A stretch of 64,000 bases of DNA, taken from the IMG/VR virus record IMGVR_UViG_3300027749_000038; one strand, given 5' to 3'. Below are positions 57,804-64,000 of the stretch, in pieces. A model generated the notes under the pieces. That model worked only from the letters and a program-made list of their open reading frames with translations, had not been told where the DNA came from and did not search any database. Origin of the DNA: a virus. Within the stretch, counting starts at the first letter, position 1. Each line of letters starts with the position of its first letter. A program made the translations under genes and the position numbers.

Positions 57804-58478
57804 ATGTTTTTTGAATCTTCTGTAACTTTATTAGAATCTTTATCTTCTAGTGGTATAACTATAGAAGGAGTAAGCCCATTAATGCTTACTATAGATCCTT
57901 CTCTTTTATATTCTTCTAAAAATAGTGGTAGTGGTAAAAAATTAATCAGAATAGAATATGATTTTGGAGATGGTACTCCTGCACACATTCAAAAAATGTT
58001 TTTTACAACAAAAATTGCAGATTCTTCAGCACCTATATCAGAAGATTTGGGTGATCCTCGAAATTATCCTATAAAACATCTTTTTAATATAAAAGATGGT
58101 AATAAAACTTCTATTAACATTTCTGTAAAATGTGTTTGGACTCAAGACCCCTCACTAAGACAAGATAGTTTTCAAATATATAATATATTTTTAAATTTAA
58201 ACACAGCTATTTTAGCTAGTAATCCAACAGAAATAAGTGCTAAATTTTTCGAAGATGTTCATTTAGTCACTACTAAAATGTTCGGAATAGATGACTCAAT
58301 TATTTACAATTTTCAAACATTTGAACCATCTTATTTAAGCCCAGTTTTAGTAAAGTGGAAGAATAATAATATTCCAACTCTTCGGCAACAATTAATATCC
58401 ACTCCCAGGTCAGCCGTTAAAGTTATACCAGCCTTTGACACTCAAAATAATTTAGATGAATCTGTAAATATTGTATGA
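57804..58478 (+). CDS. Hypothetical virion protein with PKD-like motif
   Basis: YDFGDGT...H.F; structural gene context. Confidence 0.55.
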   Translation: MFFESSVTLLESLSSSGITIEGVSPLMLTIDPSLLYSSKNSGSGKKLIRIEYDFGDGTPAHIQKMFFTTKIADSSAPISEDLGDPRNYPIKHLFNIKDGNKTSINISVKCVWTQDPSLRQDSFQIYNIFLNLNTAILASNPTEISAKFFEDVHLVTTKMFGIDDSIIYNFQTFEPSYLSPVLVKWKNNNIPTLRQQLISTPRSAVKVIPAFDTQNNLDESVNIV

Positions 58479-59335
58479 ATTTTGTAGAACAAGCCAATCT
58501 TCCAGGAGAATTGTGGTTAAGATCTCCAAACGGAGCCAAAGACACTGCAAATAATGTATTATCTGATGTATATGCCAAATATTCTCAATATTCTTCTTTT
58601 TATAGTGAATTAACTTCTAATTCTATTAGGAGATTTGATACTTTTTATGATTGTCTTTTTGTGGAAACAAAAAGTGGTTGTTTTTTTGAAAAAATTGTGA
58701 TAGAAAACAATTCTATACAATCTTTTAATCGTTATAACCAATTTACTCCTCACTCTGGCCAAGTACCCGGATATGCTGCGTTTAACACCCGACCTGGGTA
58801 CTGGTTTGATGATGTTAATAACTTAATATATCACGTAATTTTAACACCATCAGCTCTTAATATTAATTTTAGTTCTCGTTTTTATCTCAACATTCATGTA
58901 AAAATTTTTGATTGCAACACCTGTGATATAAAAACTGTTTTATTAGATCAACTAGTGCTTATATTAAAAGAACCCGGCACCGATTGGAGTACCTACAATT
59001 ATGTTTTAGAAGATCCTTGTTTGACTTTTAATTTTTCTACAAAACATTTTAATATTTCTTTTTTAATTAAAAATATACCAAGACAAACTGGCATAATTAG
59101 TATTAATTTTAAATCCGGAGATTCAAAATATTATGATGATTATGTTATTACGGAAGTAAACGGCCACGTGCCATTTTTTAATATAGATCTGGAAAATACC
59201 ATCACCAGACCATTCTTCCCTGGACTCATATATCCAATTCATATTCTTACCGTAGACCCCCAATTTACAAAAAACGACAAAGCTATACAAGTTCTCTCGT
59301 CTGATTTTAAGAAATATTTGCTGGTTATAGAATAA
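58475..59335 (+). CDS. Hypothetical protein, 286 aa
   Basis: Coupled ORF in the structural module. Confidence 0.55.
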   Translation: MNFVEQANLPGELWLRSPNGAKDTANNVLSDVYAKYSQYSSFYSELTSNSIRRFDTFYDCLFVETKSGCFFEKIVIENNSIQSFNRYNQFTPHSGQVPGYAAFNTRPGYWFDDVNNLIYHVILTPSALNINFSSRFYLNIHVKIFDCNTCDIKTVLLDQLVLILKEPGTDWSTYNYVLEDPCLTFNFSTKHFNISFLIKNIPRQTGIISINFKSGDSKYYDDYVITEVNGHVPFFNIDLENTITRPFFPGLIYPIHILTVDPQFTKNDKAIQVLSSDFKKYLLVIE

Positions 59336-59346
59336 GTATAAACAAG

Positions 59347-62300
59347 ATGGCCATCACATGCGAAGACATTCGGATCACAGACCTATGTAGAGCTGATCAC
59401 TTAGTTAATAGTGATTTGTTATTAGCTGCTACCAATTTCTCTACTCAAGCAAGCACCCAAGCTGTCTCCGCTTGTGTTGTATTAAATTATATAACTGACA
59501 GATCCGCATACAGACTTGATAATCAGTGCAGTATTGTACCATCTAATCCCTTGGTTGGCCAAAGCTATAACAACACCATCACTCTTTCTAAATATTCCAA
59601 TATAGCCAGTGGTTTGAGTAATCGTATCGATGCAGCTGGAGATGGTGGTGGATCTGCTATCGGTTCTGGTTGTTGTAATTACGTAGGAGATGATTTATCT
59701 GTTATTGGAGGAGGAGAACAAAATTCTGTAGATGCTTGTGCATCAGCTATTGTTGCTGGGGCTTATAACGGTTCTACCGGTATATACGACTTCATCGGTG
59801 CTGGTGTGTATAACAAAGTCACTCTTCCAAAATCTTCTATTGTTGGTGGAGAAGGTAACCAAGTTAATGCTACTAAGAGTTTTATTGGAGGAGGACAGGG
59901 CAATTTAGTAAAATCTAATTATTCTTCCATTGTAGGAGGTTATAGTGGAATAGTAGATAGTCCATACTCCACCATTGTAGGTGGAAGCAATAATATAACT
60001 TGTGGAGATCACAATTTTATAGGATCTGGTACTTGTAATCAAATAGACGGAGAGCATTCTTCTGTGAATGGAGGCTCTTACAACATAGTTAATTCCAGTT
60101 ATGCGTCAATTGTTGGAGGTAACCTAAATAGAACTAATGCAAATCATAACTTTATAGGTGCTGGAGTAAATAACACCACTAACCAAAATTGTGCTTCTAT
60201 AGTTGGTGGTGAAGATAATTTTGTAAATGGAGAAATCAGTTCTATCTTAGGTGGATATAGTAATGTAATTAGTGCTAGTGGATCCTCTATTGCCGGTGGA
60301 TGTTGTAATAATGTTTCTGGAGAGTTTACTTCTATGGGAGCTGGTGCATGTAATGTCGCTAGTGGAGATTTTGCTTCTATAGTGGGAGGCAAAACTAATT
60401 CTTTATCCGGAAATTATGCTTCAATTCTTGGTGGTGAATTAAATAAAGTAGTTTGTGATCATTCTATCATAGCTGGAGGATATAACAATTGTGTCTCAGA
60501 TTGTTTATCGTTTATAGGAGGAGGCCAAAGTAATTTTTCTAGTAATACTCACACCGTTATAGATGGAGGATTTTGCAATACAATCAGTGGAGAGAGATCT
60601 TCTATTGTAGGAGGTTATTGCAACAACATTTCTGGCAGCAATGATTTTATTGCTGGTGGAGGACGCAATATTGTAAAATCTAATTTTTCTTCCATAGTCG
60701 GTGGATTTAGTAGTTCTGTATTAAGTGGAGATTGTTCTTTAATTGTTGGTGGTGAATGTAATGTAATTACAGCCGGAGGTTCTTCTATTGTCGGCGGCAT
60801 AAACAACCAAATTAACGGCTGCAACTCTGTTATTGGTGGAGGCTGTTGCAATTTAGTACAAACTTATCATTCTTCTATTGTCGGTGGTTATAGTGGTTCT
60901 GTATTTGGAGCTCATTCTACAGTGGTCGGTGGATGTAAAAACGTTGTTAATGGATGCAAGTCTGTGATCACTGGTGGTGCTTTAAATAACGTTCTAGGAA
61001 ATGATAGTTTTATAGGTTCTGGTGAAATTAATAAAGTTGATGCAGATTATTCTTCTATTGTTGGTGGTGTTTCAAATACAGTCTCTGGCACCAAATCTGA
61101 TATTGTTGGCGGAGAGTTTAATAAAGTTCAATCTAACTATTCTTCTATTGTTGGTGGATATAGTGGTTCTATATTAAGTGGTGATTATTCTTTAATTGCT
61201 GGTGGATGTTGCAATACAATCAGCGCAGACAGTTCTTTAATTGCTGGAGGAGTTTGTAATACCGTTAGTGGGTCTAAATCTAATATTCAAGGAGGACAAT
61301 TTAATACAGTTAAAACCAATTATTCTTCGGTAGCTGGTGGATATAGTGGTTCTGTATTGACTGGAGATTGTTCTTTGATTGCTGGAGGTTCTGCTAACAC
61401 CATCAAAGGAAGTGGTTCTTTAATTGCTGGAGGAGTTTGTAATACAGTTAGTGGAACCAAATCTAATATCGGTGGTGGTGAGTGTAATGCTGTTGGATCT
61501 AATTTTTCTTCTGTGGTTGGAGGCTTTAAAGATACTATAACAGCGGGAGATTATTCTTTAATCGCCGGTGGAGCTTGCAATAATATTAACGGAACAAAAT
61601 CTGTTGTTGCCGGGGGAGAATGTAATATTGTTAAAAGTAATTACTCCTCTATTGTCGGTGGTTATAGCAGTTCTGTATTGACTGGGGATTATTCTTCCAT
61701 TAATGGAGGACTTTGCAACGTAGTGTCAGGAACTAGATCTCAAATAGGTACCGGTGAATGTAATACAGTTAAAACCAACTACTCCTCTGTGGTCGGTGGT
61801 TATAGCAGTTCTATATTAACCGGAGATCATTCCACTATTGTAGGCGGATGTAGTAACGTAATCAGTGCTAGCGGTTCTTCTATCGTCGGAGGATTTAATA
61901 ATTCTGTAAATTCTCTTGGTGGATTTTCTTTAATTGCAGGTGGGTGTAGTAATGTCGTTAGTGCTAGTGGATCCTTAATTGCTGGTGGTATTTCTAATAA
62001 AGTTAGTGGAGATAAATCTAATATTATTGGAGGAGAATGTAATATTGTCAAAACTAATCACTCTTCCATAGTTGGTGGTTACAGTAGTTGTGTAGCAACT
62101 GGAGATTGTTCTGTAATTGTTGGAGGTTTTAGTAACTCAATCAGTGCTAGTGGTTCTTTAATTGCTTCAGGAGGACTTAATATAGTTAAAACTAATTATT
62201 CTTCCATTGTTGGAGGATATAGTGGCTCTGTATTGACTGGTGATTATTCTTTAGTTGCTGGTGGATGTAGTAATGTAGTCAGTGCTAGTGCATCTTCTGT

Positions 62301-64000
62301 AGTAGGAGGATTTTCTAACACGGTTAAAACCAATTATTCTTCCATTGTTGGAGGATATAGTGGCTCTGTATTGACTGGTGATTATTCTTCCATTGTTGGA
62401 GGTTGTAGTAATGTGATTAGTGCTAGTGCATCTTCTGTAGTAGGAGGATTTTCTAACACGGTTAAAACCAATTATTCTTCTATTGTTGGTGGATATAGCA
62501 GCTCTATACTAACCGGAGACCATTCTTCCATTGTTGGAGGTTGTAGTAATGTGATTAGTGCTAGTGGTTCTTCTATTGCTGGTGGTATTTGCAATAATAT
62601 TACGGGTTATAAATCCTCTATTGTAGGCGGAGAGTGTAATATTGTCAAATCTGGATATTCCTCCATTGTTGGAGGTTATAGTAGTTCTCTTGTAGCCGGA
62701 AATTACTCTTCTATTGTTGGAGGATGTTGTAATATGCTTAGTGCTACTGGTTCCACCATAGTTGGAGGTACTAACAACACTCTTAAATCTGACAATTCTT
62801 ATATAGCTGGTGGCAATAATAACAATTCTACCAATTATTCAAACACTTTTATTTTAGGAAGCAATGTTACGGCTACTTGTTCAAATTATACTTATGTCAA
62901 TAATTTATCTGCAGTTTCAGACATTACCGCAGTAATTGTAAATGGCAGAACTTTATTATCTTCTCCAAGTGCTGTTATAACTAATATAACTGCTAGTAGT
63001 GCAGTTAGAATTGGTTCTTTCATAACCGCTCCTAGTGGTTATTTTATAGATACTACTGTAGATAATGTGTTATATGGTAACATAGTTCGAGCTTCCACAG
63101 TATTTAAATCTCCAAGTGCTTCAATAGTATGTGCAGTCATTGACGATACCATCAAGGTTTGCACTCTTTTAAGAGCAGCTAGTGCTTCTATAGGAAATGC
63201 CGCAGTAGATAATGTGTTATATGGTAACACAGTTTGTGCTTCCACGGTATTTAAGTCTCCAAGTGCTTCTATTTATAATGCCACAGTAGACGACACTCTT
63301 AAGGTTTGTACTCTCCTTAGAGCAGCTAGTGCTTCTATAGGAAATGCCGCAGTAGATAATGTGTTATATGGTAACACAGTTTGTGCTTCCACTGTATTTA
63401 AGTCTCCTAGTGCTTCTATCGTATGTGCTGTTATAGACGACACCCTTAAGGTTTGCACTCTTTTAAGAGCTGCTAGTGCTTCTATAGGAAATGTTACTAT
63501 AGACAACACATTATACGGTAACACAGTTTGTGCTTCTACTGTATTTAAGTCTCCAAGTGCTTCAATCACTGCCGTAACAATTACAAGTGCTCAGTTTTCA
63601 AATGTATCTATTAACAACACCTTACTAGGAAATACTATATGTGCTTCCACAGTATTTAAGTCACCCAGTGCTTCTATAGATTATATAACTGTAAATTTTG
63701 ATCTTACTAGCAATAATATAACCAGCCAAAACAACTTAATAGGTAAAACAATATATTCTAGTTATATCAACAACAGTAACAGAATAAATTCACCTATAAT
63801 CAACGCCACCACTCAAATATTAAGTGCTGGTACAGACATTGCGTCTTTGTTTCTTAAAGCCGGTAGTGTTGATGAAGGATTTTCTACAACTTTATACCCT
63901 TACAAAGCACCTAATTTTATCTCTTATACAGTTTCCAATAACTCAACAACAACCTTTGTTCTTCCTGGAAATCTTTTTGTAGGAACACTGGCTAATGATT
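59347..64000 (+). CDS. Giant Gly/Ser/Asn/Cys-rich beta-roll fiber/adhesin, more than 1550 aa, partial (not in ORF track)
   Basis: Read by hand from ATG 59347 (MAITCEDIRITDLC...), in frame to the window end (...GTLAND) with no stop noticed; TAAGTA 8 nt upstream. Confidence 0.85.
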   Translation, partial: MAITCEDIRITDLCRADHLVNSDLLLAATNFSTQASTQAVSACVVLNYITDRSAYRLDNQCSIVPSNPLVGQSYNNTITLSKYSNIASGLSNRIDAAGDGGGSAIGSGCCNYVGDDLSVIGGGEQNSVDACASAIVAGAYNGSTGIYDFIGAGVYNKVTLPKSSIVGGEGNQVNATKSFIGGGQGNLVKSNYSSIVGGYSGIVDSPYSTIVGGSNNITCGDHNFIGSGTCNQIDGEHSSVNGGSYNIVNSSYASIVGGNLNRTNANHNFIGAGVNNTTNQNCASIVGGEDNFVNGEISSILGGYSNVISASGSSIAGGCCNNVSGEFTSMGAGACNVASGDFASIVGGKTNSLSGNYASILGGELNKVVCDHSIIAGGYNNCVSDCLSFIGGGQSNFSSNTHTVIDGGFCNTISGERSSIVGGYCNNISGSNDFIAGGGRNIVKSNFSSIVGGFSSSVLSGDCSLIVGGECNVITAGGSSIVGGINNQINGCNSVIGGGCCNLVQTYHSSIVGGYSGSVFGAHSTVVGGCKNVVNGCKSVITGGALNNVLGNDSFIGSGEINKVDADYSSIVGGVSNTVSGTKSDIVGGEFNKVQSNYSSIVGGYSGSILSGDYSLIAGGCCNTISADSSLIAGGVCNTVSGSKSNIQGGQFNTVKTNYSSVAGGYSGSVLTGDCSLIAGGSANTIKGSGSLIAGGVCNTVSGTKSNIGGGECNAVGSNFSSVVGGFKDTITAGDYSLIAGGACNNINGTKSVVAGGECNIVKSNYSSIVGGYSSSVLTGDYSSINGGLCNVVSGTRSQIGTGECNTVKTNYSSVVGGYSSSILTGDHSTIVGGCSNVISASGSSIVGGFNNSVNSLGGFSLIAGGCSNVVSASGSLIAGGISNKVSGDKSNIIGGECNIVKTNHSSIVGGYSSCVATGDCSVIVGGFSNSISASGSLIASGGLNIVKTNYSSIVGGYSGSVLTGDYSLVAGGCSNVVSASASSVVGGFSNTVKTNYSSIVGGYSGSVLTGDYSSIVGGCSNVISASASSVVGGFSNTVKTNYSSIVGGYSSSILTGDHSSIVGGCSNVISASGSSIAGGICNNITGYKSSIVGGECNIVKSGYSSIVGGYSSSLVAGNYSSIVGGCCNMLSATGSTIVGGTNNTLKSDNSYIAGGNNNNSTNYSNTFILGSNVTATCSNYTYVNNLSAVSDITAVIVNGRTLLSSPSAVITNITASSAVRIGSFITAPSGYFIDTTVDNVLYGNIVRASTVFKSPSASIVCAVIDDTIKVCTLLRAASASIGNAAVDNVLYGNTVCASTVFKSPSASIYNATVDDTLKVCTLLRAASASIGNAAVDNVLYGNTVCASTVFKSPSASIVCAVIDDTLKVCTLLRAASASIGNVTIDNTLYGNTVCASTVFKSPSASITAVTITSAQFSNVSINNTLLGNTICASTVFKSPSASIDYITVNFDLTSNNITSQNNLIGKTIYSSYINNSNRINSPIINATTQILSAGTDIASLFLKAGSVDEGFSTTLYPYKAPNFISYTVSNNSTTTFVLPGNLFVGTLAND
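59653..62826 (+). repeat. About 65-70 tandem 15/16-aa repeats (S-x-I-x-GG-x-x-N-x-V/I)
   Basis: For example SSIVGGEGNQVNATK, SSIVGGYSGSVLTGDY; resembles YadA-head/Hep_Hag-type beta-roll units. Confidence 0.85.
62185..62598 (+). repeat. Three near-identical 138-bp (46-aa) tandem units inside the fiber gene
   Basis: gttaaaacYaattattct starts at 62185, 62323 and 62461. Confidence 0.85.
63055..63680 (+). repeat. 147-bp (49-aa) tandem repeats: 3 full units plus 2 partial
   Basis: D(N)(V/T)LYGN.V.ASTVFKSPSAS... unit starts at 63061, 63208, 63355 and 63502. Confidence 0.9.

Noticed and set aside
60144-63569. Minus-strand ORFs 60144-60392, 60615-60851, 61827-62051, 63039-63245 and 63273-63569
   Set aside because: Antisense shadows of the repetitive plus-strand fiber gene (PP mirrors GG).
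62185-63680. CRISPR array or DGR template/variable repeat pair
   Set aside because: The repeats are in-frame coding tandem units with no unique spacers, differences are not adenine-specific, and there is no reverse transcriptase or cas gene in the window.
1-64000. Eukaryotic giant virus (NCLDV) origin suggested by PolB, many GTs and RCC1 repeats
   Set aside because: T4-type portal, prohead protease, major capsid, gp55, gp46/47 and baseplate genes identify a tailed bacteriophage.

Overview
A 64-kb segment of a large, AT-rich T4-like myovirus genome (Caudoviricetes, standard genetic code; roughly 30% GC by eye, not computed). Positions 1-17.2 kb are a minus-strand replication/recombination block: a TGT/DpdA-like gene, gp43 DNA polymerase, queE, gp46, a 9-gene glycosyltransferase/methyltransferase island, gp47, gp55 late sigma factor, uvsW and uvsY. 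The rest is mostly plus strand: primase, queC-GATase-GT2-DUF366, a gp62-like gene, GroES, a DinG-like helicase, head/neck genes (gp15, gp20, gp13, gp4, gp21, gp22, gp23), a gp16-like gene, dUTPase, gp44, baseplate gp25/gp6, and very large propeller, RCC1 and beta-roll virion proteins. The last of these runs off the window end. Highlights: (1) a dUTPase fractured inside active-site motif 3 by a naturally split intein, with a free-standing zinc-finger/Vsr-like (EDxHD-type) endonuclease between the halves and non-canonical block B/F residues; (2) a dispersed 7-deazaguanine DNA-modification gene set; (3) about a dozen glycosyltransferase-like genes; (4) a single in-frame TAA in gp46; (5) apparent leaderless early promoters and a TAARTA late promoter marking candidate capsid-packaged proteins. 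No tRNA, rRNA or CRISPR array was seen. All family calls come from motif recognition by eye, not database searches.
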